A DNA stretch of 40,379 bases from Pyrinomonadaceae bacterium (GTDB taxonomy: Bacteria > Acidobacteriota > Blastocatellia > Pyrinomonadales > Pyrinomonadaceae). Position 1 is the first letter of the stretch. Every line of letters starts with the position of its first letter. The notes beneath the pieces are model-generated. The model made no database searches. It was not told where the DNA came from and worked only from the letters and a program-made list of their open reading frames with translations. The DNA lies in contig JBGTCS010000290.1 of assembly GCA_041748715.1 (NCBI GenBank), positions 1-40,379 on the forward strand, read 5' to 3'. Below are positions 18,133 through 26,441 of this stretch, in pieces. Made by a program: the position numbers and the translations under genes.

Positions 18133-18405
18133 ATGATCACAAATGAAATTTCAGCCGTAAATACAAATGTCTCGACGCTAACCAGCAGTCGAACGAACAA
18201 CAATAGCGGCTCAGAACGCGATATGTTTATGACCCTGCTGGTTGCTCAGTTAAAAAACCAAGATCCGCTCGAACCGCAGGACGGAACGGCTTTTGTAGCT
18301 CAATTGGCTCAGTTCAATTCACTCGACCAACTGGTCGGCATTCGCAGTTCGATCGAGCAGCTCAATCGGCTTTTGCAGGAAAATCAGCAGCTTCCGACAA
18401 TATAA
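18133..18405 (+). CDS. flgD: Flagellar hook capping/scaffold protein FlgD, N-terminal domain only (minimal form)
   Basis: 90 aa. 'FMTLLVAQLKNQDPLEPQDGTAFVAQLAQFNSLDQL' is the FlgD N-terminal signature. The ORF ends 40 nt before flgE, so there is no room for the usual C-terminal domains. Confidence 0.8.
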   Translation: MITNEISAVNTNVSTLTSSRTNNNSGSERDMFMTLLVAQLKNQDPLEPQDGTAFVAQLAQFNSLDQLVGIRSSIEQLNRLLQENQQLPTI

Positions 18406-18445
18406 GAACACAGACCAAAGTTAAGAATTAAGGAGAATTAACAAA

Positions 18446-19714
18446 ATGAGTTTTTCATTCAACGCAGCACTTTCTGGTTTAAACGCCAACAGTAATGCCC
18501 TAAACGTCGTCGGTAACAATATCGCGAATGCCAACACGGTCGGCTTTCGCAGCAGTTCGATAACTTTCATGGACGTATTTGCAAACCGATACGGAGCCCG
18601 CATGAATGGAGCAGGTAATTCGCTGCAGGTTGGCGGAGGCGTACAAACGGGTGCCATCCACACTAATTTCGGACAGGGCGGCCTGAGCGAATCCGGTTCG
18701 CCTCTGCATTCGGCGATCCAGGGGAATGGGTTTTTTGTGGTCAAGAACGCCGACGGGTCAACCGGTTATACACGAGCCGGAGACTTTTCGGTCAACAACC
18801 GCGGATTTTTGCTTTCGTCCAGCGGAGGCAGCGTGCAGGGTTATCAGGCACAAGGTGGCGTCATACCAAATGGAACAGCCCTAACAGCACTGCAGATCCC
18901 GATCGGCCAAACTCTCGCACCACGTGTAACTGCCGAAGGCACCTTTAGAATGAATCTTAATTCGAGTGCGGCAACCGATTCTGAATTTCATGCCACGATG
19001 CAGGTATACGATTCGCTCGGCGAACGGCGAACGCTTGATATGACGTTCAAGCGTTTGGAAGACGGTTCGTTTGAGATGACGGCAAAGCTGGATGGCAAAC
19101 CGGCGGAAGTAGATGCGGATGGTGGCGGCCCCTCGTCTTCCCCAGTCACATTTACCTTCGATTCAGACGGCGTCATGACGGCTCCGACAACTTCTTTGTC
19201 GATTGTGCCGGATCAGGCGGAATTAGGCCTGGCGGTCTTACCATCAATCGCGATTAGTCTCCAAAAGACTAATACAGATGGTACGCCTGGCGAGTTTAAT
19301 ATCACCAGCTTTGCGTCCGCGTCCGCTGTTTCGGCAACCGAACAGGATGGTTATTCAGCAGGCCAGTTAAATGGAGCTGCCGTTGATCCGATGGGCAATA
19401 TTCTTGGCATCTTCTCAAACGGCCAATCACGTATTGTGGGTCAGTTTGCCTTAGCGACATTTAGTTCTGCCGAAGGGCTCGGACGGATCGGTGGAAACAT
19501 GTTTGGCGAAACGACGGCGTCTGGCCAGGCCACGATCGGAGCTCCGGGTTCGGGTGGCCGAGGCGAGATCGTCGGTGGATATGTCGAAAGCAGCAATGTA
19601 AATATCACAAATGAATTTGTCGACCTGATCGAAGCACAGCGAGGTTTCCAGGCAAATTCCCGCGTTATCACCACGCTTAACAAAACTTTCCAGGATCTGC
19701 TGCAAATCGTCTAA
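18446..19714 (+). CDS. flgE: Flagellar hook protein FlgE
   Basis: 422 aa. N-terminus 'MSFSFNAALSGLNANSNALNVVGNNIANANTVGF'. C-terminus 'ESSNVNITNEFVDLIEAQRGFQANSRVITT'. Confidence 0.95.
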   Translation: MSFSFNAALSGLNANSNALNVVGNNIANANTVGFRSSSITFMDVFANRYGARMNGAGNSLQVGGGVQTGAIHTNFGQGGLSESGSPLHSAIQGNGFFVVKNADGSTGYTRAGDFSVNNRGFLLSSSGGSVQGYQAQGGVIPNGTALTALQIPIGQTLAPRVTAEGTFRMNLNSSAATDSEFHATMQVYDSLGERRTLDMTFKRLEDGSFEMTAKLDGKPAEVDADGGGPSSSPVTFTFDSDGVMTAPTTSLSIVPDQAELGLAVLPSIAISLQKTNTDGTPGEFNITSFASASAVSATEQDGYSAGQLNGAAVDPMGNILGIFSNGQSRIVGQFALATFSSAEGLGRIGGNMFGETTASGQATIGAPGSGGRGEIVGGYVESSNVNITNEFVDLIEAQRGFQANSRVITTLNKTFQDLLQIV

Positions 19715-19738
19715 AGTTTCTCTCAACTTTTCCGATAT
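19712..19738 (+). promoter_or_regulatory. Sigma-28-type promoter overlapping the flgE stop codon
   Basis: TAAAGTTT (19712-19719) and TCCGATAT (19731-19738), with exactly 15 nt between TAAA and the -10 octamer. It has the same extended -35 as the fliC promoter. Confidence 0.6.
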
Positions 19739-19744
19739 GTAGAT

Positions 19745-19854
19745 TGAGCTTAAAGAGGCTCAAACGGGGAACCGCTAATCTAACGATCAGCAAAAACTGC
19801 AGGTAGACGTGAATTTTGAAAATCAAAAGGCGAGTCTACCTGCAGTCGGTTTTT
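19745..19854 (+). ncRNA. Candidate ~110-nt sigma-28-dependent transcript (small RNA or terminating leader of motA)
   Basis: The unit is bounded by the predicted start just downstream of the sigma-28 -10 element and by the 13-bp hairpin plus T5 tract. It also has a 5' hairpin, TTGAGC (19744-19749) pairing with GCTCAA (19758-19763). It contains no ORF. Confidence 0.3.
19796..19854 (+). terminator. Strong stem-loop with T-tract between flgE and motA
   Basis: A 13-bp perfect stem, ACTGCAGGTAGAC (19796-19808) pairing with GTCTACCTGCAGT (19834-19846). An inner pair TTTTG/CAAAA forms within the loop. The stem is followed by CGG and then TTTTT (19850-19854). Confidence 0.55.
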
Positions 19855-19887
19855 ACCTCTGCAATCTAAATTCAAGTACTTAATTTT

Positions 19888-20748
19888 ATGCTAATCATTA
19901 TCGGCATTGTTGTCGTAATGGGCTGTGTTATTGTCGGATTTCTGATGATCAACGGCCCACTCGGGGTATTGTTTCAACCATCGGAATTTGTCGTCATCGG
20001 CGGTGCCGTTATTGGGGCCACGATGGCTTCGAACCCGCTGAAATACCAGAAACAGATCCTGACTTCAATGACCGCCGCTCTAAAGGGTTCGCCGTACAAC
20101 AAAGCCGCATATTCTGAATTGCTCCGAATGCAGTACGATATTTTTGTAAACTCAAAAAAAGGCGGTCTTCTCTCGATCGAAGAAGACGTTAACGAACCGT
20201 TCTCATCCTCCATTTTTACAAACTACCCAACGTTTATCGCCAACCATCACGCAGTGGAATTCTTTTGTGATGCCCTAAAAATGCTCGTCAATGGAGCCTG
20301 CACGCCCGAGGAGTTAGAAATAATGCTCGAGGCAGAGATGGAGACGCACCACGAGGAGGGGACGATTGTGCCGCAATTGCTACAAAGGGCGTCCGATGCG
20401 CTGCCCGGGCTCGGCATTGTTGCGGCCGTTCTAGGCATCGTTGTCACTATGCAGCACTTGGATGGTACACCCGAGGAGTTGGGTCACCATATCGGTGCAG
20501 CTTTGGTCGGTACATTCCTGGGGCTTCTATTATCGTATGGATTTCTGGCTCCGATCGCCGCAAATCTTGAGAATTTTTCTCAGGACGAGGGCAAGTATTT
20601 TGCGTGCATCAAGTCTGGTGTAGTTGCTTTCTCAAATGGTGCGGCACCATCGACCGCAGTCGAATTTGCCCGCAAAACGATATTCAGTTTTGACCGGCCG
20701 GCGACCAGCGAGATCGAACCGCTGTTGAAAGAGATAAAGCCTAGATAA
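19888..20748 (+). CDS. motA: Flagellar motor stator protein MotA (long ~290 aa type)
   Basis: 286 aa. The N-terminus 'MLIIIGIVVVMGCVIVGFLM' resembles canonical MotA. 'LPGLGIVAAVLGIV' and 'GAALVGTFLGLLLSYGFLAPIA' correspond to TM3 and TM4. Confidence 0.9.
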   Translation: MLIIIGIVVVMGCVIVGFLMINGPLGVLFQPSEFVVIGGAVIGATMASNPLKYQKQILTSMTAALKGSPYNKAAYSELLRMQYDIFVNSKKGGLLSIEEDVNEPFSSSIFTNYPTFIANHHAVEFFCDALKMLVNGACTPEELEIMLEAEMETHHEEGTIVPQLLQRASDALPGLGIVAAVLGIVVTMQHLDGTPEELGHHIGAALVGTFLGLLLSYGFLAPIAANLENFSQDEGKYFACIKSGVVAFSNGAAPSTAVEFARKTIFSFDRPATSEIEPLLKEIKPR

Positions 20749-20788
20749 TTTGGTAAGTGGATTTGCATAAAGAGTTTTTGAGCAGTCA

Positions 20789-21754
20789 ATGGAAAACAAG
20801 CCCGAAGAACTAAAGAAACCCAGACGAAGGGTAAAAAAAGCTAAAGGACATGGCGGGCATCACGGCGGTGCATGGAAGGTGGCATACGCCGATTTTGTAA
20901 CGGCCATGATGGCCCTCTTTCTGGTTTTGTGGCTGGTTTCGCAGGCAGATACTAAACTCAAACAGTCTATCGCTGCTTATTTTCGTTCACCAGGTGTTTT
21001 TGACACGATGGAGGGTGGCATATTATCGCAAGCCCGAAAGGTAAGTAATCAGCCAACGACCCAGACGTCTAAAGACGATGAACAGGCACTATTCAATGTC
21101 GCCGCAGAACTGCAGAAAAAATTTGATACGCGGCCCGAATTTTCGCGAAATCGTGGCCAAGTTAAGATCCAAGTCACCGAGGAAGGCCTGCGGATCGAGC
21201 TGATCGACGAGGCAGACCGCATCTCATTTCCCTCGGGAAGCGCTGTTCTTGCGCCGGAGGCTCAACATATTTTGGAAGAAATAGCTGCGGCCATTTGTGC
21301 GTTGCCGAACAAGATAAATATTGGCGGCCACACCGACAGTAAAATCTTCCCGTCTCAAAACGGCTATACCAATTGGGAACTTTCGGCAGATCGTGCAAAT
21401 GCGGCGCGGCGCGTTCTCGAGGGCCACTGTGTCAGGCCTGAACAAATTCGACGAATAGTCGGCTTTGCCGACACAGAACCAATGGAACCATCAGATCCGT
21501 ATTCACCTGCTAACCGGCGTATAAGCATTACGGTTTTAAGGCTAACCGTCAATGACACTAACGCCCCAGTCAGCCCCGCCGTCAATAACCCAATGCCTCA
21601 GAGCAATAAAACTCATTCCGTTAAGACGAAGCCTACTGACAAAGAAATGTCCGATTCGCCCGAAATAGATGAAGCTAAAAAGAAACTTCAGAGCCAAGGC
21701 TCGGTGGTTGTCGGCGAACCTGATCAAGTCCCTGACCGGCCCAAGATGAACTAG
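20789..21754 (+). CDS. motB: Flagellar motor stator protein MotB
   Basis: 321 aa. It has 'GAWKVAYADFVTAMMALFLVLWL' and an OmpA-like domain ('GGHTDS...NWELSADRANAARRVL...NRRISITVL'). The C-terminal tail is extended and rich in Pro and Lys. Confidence 0.9.
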   Translation: MENKPEELKKPRRRVKKAKGHGGHHGGAWKVAYADFVTAMMALFLVLWLVSQADTKLKQSIAAYFRSPGVFDTMEGGILSQARKVSNQPTTQTSKDDEQALFNVAAELQKKFDTRPEFSRNRGQVKIQVTEEGLRIELIDEADRISFPSGSAVLAPEAQHILEEIAAAICALPNKINIGGHTDSKIFPSQNGYTNWELSADRANAARRVLEGHCVRPEQIRRIVGFADTEPMEPSDPYSPANRRISITVLRLTVNDTNAPVSPAVNNPMPQSNKTHSVKTKPTDKEMSDSPEIDEAKKKLQSQGSVVVGEPDQVPDRPKMN

Positions 21755-21849
21755 TCAACGTTACCGGGGGTGTCACACCCGTATTTGATCGAGTTACGAA
21801 GCGGGACAGGCAGATAGGTCGGGACGATAATAAGGCAATTTTACAATCA

Positions 21850-21883
21850 GCCGCAGACTTCGACAATTTTTGTCGTCTGCGGC
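21850..21883 (+). terminator. Stem-loop after motB (possible terminator)
   Basis: GCCGCAGAC (21850-21858) pairs with GTCTGCGGC (21875-21883), with an inner GAC/GTC pair. The downstream sequence, CGAGTTTGTTT, is only weakly T-rich. Confidence 0.35.
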
Positions 21884-21995
21884 CGAGTTTGTTTAAAGCG
21901 TCGGTTCGTTGACACCGAAAGTCAAAAAAAGGTCGGCGTGAAAAGGATTCTGCTCTATAGATCTGGTAAGTCGTGCTATTTAAGGGAAATTTGTT

Positions 21996-22011
21996 TGGCA
22001 TACCATTCGCA
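21996..22011 (+). promoter_or_regulatory. Sigma-54 (-24/-12) promoter of the fliL operon
   Basis: TGGCAT-ACCAT-TCGCA, with GG (21997-21998) and GC (22009-22010) at the canonical spacing. The element ends 25 nt before the fliL ATG, the same geometry as the flgB promoter. Confidence 0.65.
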
Positions 22012-22035
22012 TTTGGATTTCGCGGAGGATCCTCT

Positions 22036-22647
22036 ATGTCTGAAATTGAAAAAGAAAAACCAGGTGCTGCGGGAACTGAAGCGGCACCTGCCAAAAAGAA
22101 AGGTAAACTAAAATTCCTAATTGTCTTCGTCGTGTTTGTTTTGCTGGCTGGGGCCGGTGGGGGTGGATTTTATTATTGGCGGAGCATGTCTGTAGCGGCG
22201 GCCGAAAAACAAGATAAGAAATCAAGCTCTAAAAAATCGGACAAAGAGGCAGATGGAGAGAACGCTGAATCGAACGACACAAAAGCAACCACATTGCCGA
22301 AACCGCTTCAGAACGCTTTGCCGGACGACGAAGACGTTAAAAAAATCATCGAGATTCCACCTTTTATCGTCAATCTTGCAGACACCGAGCAGGCTAGGTA
22401 TCTTCGTATGACTGTGAGCCTGGGCGTTAATCTCGAAGGCGCAGAAAACGATAAACCAAATCAACTCTTCCTGACGCGGGTCCGCAACGCAATGCTTGCC
22501 ATTCTATCGGACAAACGGTCCGACGAAATCTTGAACGTCGAAGGTAAAACAAAACTTCGTAAGGAACTGCTCGAGGCGGCAAAGGCAGCTTCCGCCGACC
22601 CCGAAGTCAAGGCCATATACATTACCGACTTTATCGTACAGCTCTAA
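22036..22647 (+). CDS. fliL: Flagellar basal body-associated protein FliL
   Basis: The start was taken at MSEIEKEK (ATG 22036), which is preceded by GGAGGA. It has a single TM segment ('FLIVFVVFVLLAGAG'). 'IPPFIVNLADTEQARYLRMTVSLGV...IYITDFIVQ' is typical of FliL. Confidence 0.88.
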   Translation: MSEIEKEKPGAAGTEAAPAKKKGKLKFLIVFVVFVLLAGAGGGGFYYWRSMSVAAAEKQDKKSSSKKSDKEADGENAESNDTKATTLPKPLQNALPDDEDVKKIIEIPPFIVNLADTEQARYLRMTVSLGVNLEGAENDKPNQLFLTRVRNAMLAILSDKRSDEILNVEGKTKLRKELLEAAKAASADPEVKAIYITDFIVQL

Positions 22648-22651
22648 ATCT

Positions 22652-22918
22652 ATGAAAAACGAGAACGATAAAATAATCACGTCGTGGGCAAATTTTATGG
22701 ATCTACCGCTTACGCTTTCGGTCGAATTGGGCCGCACACAGCTAAAGATCAAGGACATCCTGGAACTTGCGCCCGAGAGCATGGTCAAGCTGTCCCGCTC
22801 CACCGGCGAAGGCGTTGATATTCGCGCGGACAACAATCCGCTGCTCCGCGGTGAGATTGTGGTGATCGAGGACCGTGCCGGTGTCCGCATCAGCGAGATT
22901 CTGCTTGGGGATAATTAA
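22652..22918 (+). CDS. fliN: Flagellar motor switch protein FliN (minimal, SpoA domain only)
   Basis: 88 aa. 'LPLTLSVELGRTQLKIKDILELAPESMVKLSRSTGEGVDIRADNNPLLRGEIVVIEDRAGVRISEIL' is the SpoA/FliN C-terminal domain. Confidence 0.88.
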   Translation: MKNENDKIITSWANFMDLPLTLSVELGRTQLKIKDILELAPESMVKLSRSTGEGVDIRADNNPLLRGEIVVIEDRAGVRISEILLGDN

Positions 22919-23484
22919 TGGGACGATCGTTTTGTAAGCAATCTATCTTTGTCCTGCTGTTGATCGTCATGTTTGGTGCGGTCTGCTTTTCGCAGGCTGA
23001 AGACGGCAATACGCAAAGCACCCAGGGAGCCGAAGTTATCGGTGAGAACGACCACTTGCCATTTATGCAGGCCGATCCGGTTGCTCCGGAATCGCAGGAA
23101 CCGAGTTCCGGCGGGCTGCTGCTAAAAACAATGGGCGCGATGCTCCTTGTCGTCGGACTGATCTTCTTTGGCGCCTGGGGTGCTAAAAAACTAGGGTTTG
23201 GCGGATCAAAGTCGAGCAGTTCGCCCGACGACCCTGAGCTGACGGTGTTATCGACTGTCTCGATGGGCAGCGGCAGGACGATTGCTACATTGCAGTTTGG
23301 CGATCGGATTTTGCTGGTTGGTTCCACCAATGATTCTTTCACCCTGCTGGCCGAGGATGTAAAAGCAGAGACACCAGCCAGATCGCGGTCGGTCGCCGAA
23401 TTACTTGCCGAAGAAAATGAATCGTTTGACTCGGCCTTTCAGAACGCACAGTTCAAACTCGGACAATGGGGCGAAAAAGGGTAA
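22918..23484 (+). CDS. fliO: Flagellar biosynthesis protein FliO-like
   Basis: 188 aa. The start overlaps the fliN stop (TAATG). It has a hydrophobic N-terminus and a central TM segment 'LLLKTMGAMLLVVGLIFFGAWGAKKLG', followed by '...IATLQFGDRILLVGSTNDSFTLL'. It sits before fliP. Confidence 0.7.
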   Translation: MGRSFCKQSIFVLLLIVMFGAVCFSQAEDGNTQSTQGAEVIGENDHLPFMQADPVAPESQEPSSGGLLLKTMGAMLLVVGLIFFGAWGAKKLGFGGSKSSSSPDDPELTVLSTVSMGSGRTIATLQFGDRILLVGSTNDSFTLLAEDVKAETPARSRSVAELLAEENESFDSAFQNAQFKLGQWGEKG

Positions 23485-24251
23485 TGATCGCCATGAAAAG
23501 ATTTTTATTACCTATTTTCTTTGCCGTGATGATGTGTCTGGCTCATACATCGATCCAGGCGCAGGCAACGCCGCAGCCGTCACCGAATAAACAAGAGCCG
23601 ACAATAAACCTCACCGAGACCGCTAACAGTTCGACACCGCTGCAGATAGTTGTCCTTTTGACACTTCTCAGCTTTGTTCCGGCGCTGCTGATATCGATGA
23701 CGTGTTTTACACGTCTCATTGTGGTTTTTCACTTTTTAAGGCAGGCTCTGGGCACCCAGGAGGCGCCCAACAATCAAATTTTGCTTGGCCTCGCACTATT
23801 CATAACGCTTTTTGTTATGGGTCCAACGCTAAAACAGGTCTATGACGACGCGTACAAGCCGATGACCGACGGTGATATATCGCAGTCGGAAGCTCTCGAA
23901 CGAGGTCTGGTTCCGCTCCGGGCCTACATGCTGAAACATACGCGCGAAAAAGATCTGACGCTTTTTCTCCGGCTCTCAAAAAGCCCCAAACCAACTTCTG
24001 CAAACGATGTTTCGACGACCGCTTTGATTCCGGCGTTTATGATCTCTGAACTAAAAACCGCGTTTCAGATAGGCTTTGTACTGTTTCTCCCGTTCTTGAT
24101 CATTGATCTGGCGGTCGCGAGCGTTTTGCTTTCGATGGGAATGATGCAGCTGCCGCCGGTTATCGTTTCTTTGCCCTTTAAAATACTACTTTTTGTAATG
24201 GTGGACGGCTGGTATTTGATCGTCACCTCGCTTGTTAAGAGCGTAATGTAA
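23484..24251 (+). CDS. fliP: Flagellar export gate protein FliP
   Basis: The ORF opens at 23466. The likely start is the ATG at 23484, which overlaps the fliO stop, or the ATG at 23493. A signal peptide 'MKRFLLPIFFAVMMCLAHTSIQAQA' is present. 'LLSFVPALLISMTCFTRLIVVFHFLRQALG' and 'AFQIGFVLFLPFLIIDLAVASVLLSMGMMQLPP' are FliP signatures. Confidence 0.93.
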   Translation: MIAMKRFLLPIFFAVMMCLAHTSIQAQATPQPSPNKQEPTINLTETANSSTPLQIVVLLTLLSFVPALLISMTCFTRLIVVFHFLRQALGTQEAPNNQILLGLALFITLFVMGPTLKQVYDDAYKPMTDGDISQSEALERGLVPLRAYMLKHTREKDLTLFLRLSKSPKPTSANDVSTTALIPAFMISELKTAFQIGFVLFLPFLIIDLAVASVLLSMGMMQLPPVIVSLPFKILLFVMVDGWYLIVTSLVKSVM

Positions 24252-24256
24252 ACATT

Positions 24257-24526
24257 ATGAATGACGCTTTAGTTACATCTTTGATCCAAGATGCGCTGAC
24301 CACACTTTTGTGGATCGTAACACCTATGCTCGGTGTTGCGGTATCGGTTGGCGTCGGCATGAGCCTGATCCAGACATTGACGTCGATCCAGGACCAAACA
24401 TTTTCGTTCGCCCCACGAGTTATCGCCACATTCTCGGTTTTCCTGATCACATTCCCATGGATCCTGCAGGTTTTGACAACATTCACGGCATCGATTTTTG
24501 GCGATCTGACTCTGTACATTCAGTAG
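24257..24526 (+). CDS. fliQ: Flagellar export gate protein FliQ
   Basis: 89 aa. It contains 'GVGMSLIQTLTSIQDQTFSFAPRVIA' and has two TM segments. Confidence 0.93.
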   Translation: MNDALVTSLIQDALTTLLWIVTPMLGVAVSVGVGMSLIQTLTSIQDQTFSFAPRVIATFSVFLITFPWILQVLTTFTASIFGDLTLYIQ

Positions 24527-24551
24527 AACTCTGGCGACCTGGTAAAACATT

Positions 24552-25328
24552 TTGGAAACGCTCGAAATTCCACTGCGACCATTTTTGATCTTTCTCGTCG
24601 TCCTGGCACGCGTTGGCGGCCTGATGACATTCGCACCGTTTTGGTCAAATCGGGCGGCAACCCCCAAGATCCGGATAATCCTGGCCTTTGTCATGGCGAT
24701 CGCTTTGACGCCGGTTCTTATGTCGAGGATAGAAACGCCGTCCTCCGAAGTCGGCGATCTGACGTTGATCATAGCCGGTGAGGTAGTGATCGGAATGCTC
24801 TTTGGTTTTGTGGGCCGCATCGTGTTTAGCACCTTCGAATTCGCGGCCCATCTGGTTGCGTCGCAGATGGGTTTTTCGCTCGCGGGCACAATAGATCCGT
24901 CCACTCAGGCTCAGACGACGGCGTTCGGCACGATTGCCCAGATGCTCGGAATGATGATAATGCTGGCGGCCGATGGACATCACTGGTTTTTGGCAGCCAC
25001 GGTAAAGAGCTTTTCGACAACCGCTCCCGGTACCTTTTCCTTTTCGGCTGAGCTCCTGGATATTATGATCAGACTCTCCGCCAACTCCCTGATTGTCGGG
25101 GTTACACTGGCCGCACCTGCCATTGTTGTTTTAATGTCCGTAGAATTTGCTCTGGAGTTTTTTGGCCGCACGGCCCCACAGTTTCAGGTGTTTATTTTAG
25201 GGTTTCCGCTAAAGATCGGTGTCGGTCTGTCCCTGATAGGAGCTTCGCTGTTCTTTATCCCCTCCGCATTTCGGGACGTCCTGAGCGGGATTTATCACGG
25301 TCTTGTTCAAGTTCTGAATACGATTTGA
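24552..25328 (+). CDS. fliR: Flagellar export gate protein FliR
   Basis: 258 aa polytopic membrane protein. It contains 'FLVVLARVGGLMTFAPFW' and lies between fliQ and flhB. Confidence 0.9.
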   Translation: METLEIPLRPFLIFLVVLARVGGLMTFAPFWSNRAATPKIRIILAFVMAIALTPVLMSRIETPSSEVGDLTLIIAGEVVIGMLFGFVGRIVFSTFEFAAHLVASQMGFSLAGTIDPSTQAQTTAFGTIAQMLGMMIMLAADGHHWFLAATVKSFSTTAPGTFSFSAELLDIMIRLSANSLIVGVTLAAPAIVVLMSVEFALEFFGRTAPQFQVFILGFPLKIGVGLSLIGASLFFIPSAFRDVLSGIYHGLVQVLNTI

Positions 25329-25329
25329 A

Positions 25330-26382
25330 ATGTCCAAAGAACGCACCGAGAAAGCCACACCAAAAAAACGCGAAGATGCTCGAAAAAAAGGGCAAATCGC
25401 ACGCGGCCCCGACCTGCCGGCCGCTCTTGCATTCCTCGGCACTCTTGTTGCGCTTAAATTCATCGGTTCCGACCTGTTTACAAAGACCGGCTTGCAAATC
25501 CAGGATTCGGCATTAAAGATCGCCGCCTTTAAGCCGCTCACCGAAGCCGACGTTGAGGTAATGCTGCTCGACGGAGGCAAACTGTTTGCGTCGCTCTCAA
25601 TCCCGGTGATATTGGTTGGATTTGCGGCTGTCCTTGCCGGAAATTTTGTTCAAGGTGGCCTCTCGATGTCCCCCGGGGCGATGAAGCCGAAACTCGAAAA
25701 ATTTAGCCCAGCAAAAAATGCCAAACGGATCGTAGGGCCGGATGCGGCTGTCAATCTCGGTAAATCGCTCATCAAGTTGGTCGTTATCGCCGCCGTTGCT
25801 TATGGCGTATTGTCGCCAGTTATGGAAGATGCCCCGTCGATGATCAATGCACCCTTACCGCAGGTCATCGGCAAACTTGGCGACACGCTGTTCGGCCTTG
25901 CCTTTCGCTCGGGCGTCGCACTCCTGATTTTAGCGGGAGCCGATTATGGTTATGCCTGGTACAAACACGAAAAGTCTCTTCGAATGACCAAGCAAGAGAT
26001 TCGCGACGAGTACAAACAGCAGGAGGGCGACCCGATGGTAAAAGGCCAACGTCGGCGCGCCGCCCGCGCATTAAATCAGAAACGTTCGATGGCCGCCGTT
26101 CCGACAGCGTCTGTGATCATAACGAATCCAACCCATTTTGCGATCGCGCTGAGATATGACCGTGATAAAGACGCGGCACCGATCGTTGTCGCCAAAGGTG
26201 CGGATAATATTGCCGCGAAGATCCGTGAGATCGGCAGAGAAAATGACATTCCGCTAATCGAAAATCCACCGCTGGCCCGGGCACTCTATAAGACAGTTGA
26301 GCCAAATCAAACAATTCCGGTTGAATTTTTTGGAGCTGTCGCCGAGATTTTGGCATTCGTTTTTCGCCAAAACGAGACCTAG
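25330..26382 (+). CDS. flhB: Flagellar export switch protein FlhB
   Basis: 350 aa. It has 'KTEKATPKKREDARKKGQIARG', the NPTH autocleavage motif ('VIITNPTHFAIALRY'), and 'ENDIPLIENPPLARALY'. Confidence 0.95.
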   Translation: MSKERTEKATPKKREDARKKGQIARGPDLPAALAFLGTLVALKFIGSDLFTKTGLQIQDSALKIAAFKPLTEADVEVMLLDGGKLFASLSIPVILVGFAAVLAGNFVQGGLSMSPGAMKPKLEKFSPAKNAKRIVGPDAAVNLGKSLIKLVVIAAVAYGVLSPVMEDAPSMINAPLPQVIGKLGDTLFGLAFRSGVALLILAGADYGYAWYKHEKSLRMTKQEIRDEYKQQEGDPMVKGQRRRAARALNQKRSMAAVPTASVIITNPTHFAIALRYDRDKDAAPIVVAKGADNIAAKIREIGRENDIPLIENPPLARALYKTVEPNQTIPVEFFGAVAEILAFVFRQNET

Positions 26383-26441
26383 AGTGTTTATATTAGAATA
26401 GTAATTTAATACCGTAGTTCGATGTTCGAGCCCTTAATCAA

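Noticed and set aside
19745-19854. The idea that the flgE-motA leader is a c-di-GMP (GEMM-I) riboswitch controlling the stator genes.
   Set aside because: I could not find the conserved GEMM-I features, namely the GNRA tetraloop/receptor pair and a 'GGGACGCAAAGCC'-like core. The region is kept only as a generic small RNA or attenuator candidate.
21894-21920. A sigma-28-like motif, TAAA-N15-CACCGAAA, in the motB-fliL spacer.
   Set aside because: The -10 region matches GCCGATAA poorly, with a mismatch at the first G and at the conserved T. A much better sigma-54 promoter lies 75 nt downstream.
24269-24904. A 211-aa minus-strand ORF. Similar antisense ORFs occur at 15029-15658, 37164-37709 and 37663-38250.
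   Set aside because: All of them overlap strongly supported genes on the opposite strand (fliQ/fliR, fliI, folP, ftsH). Their composition is typical of non-coding reverse frames.
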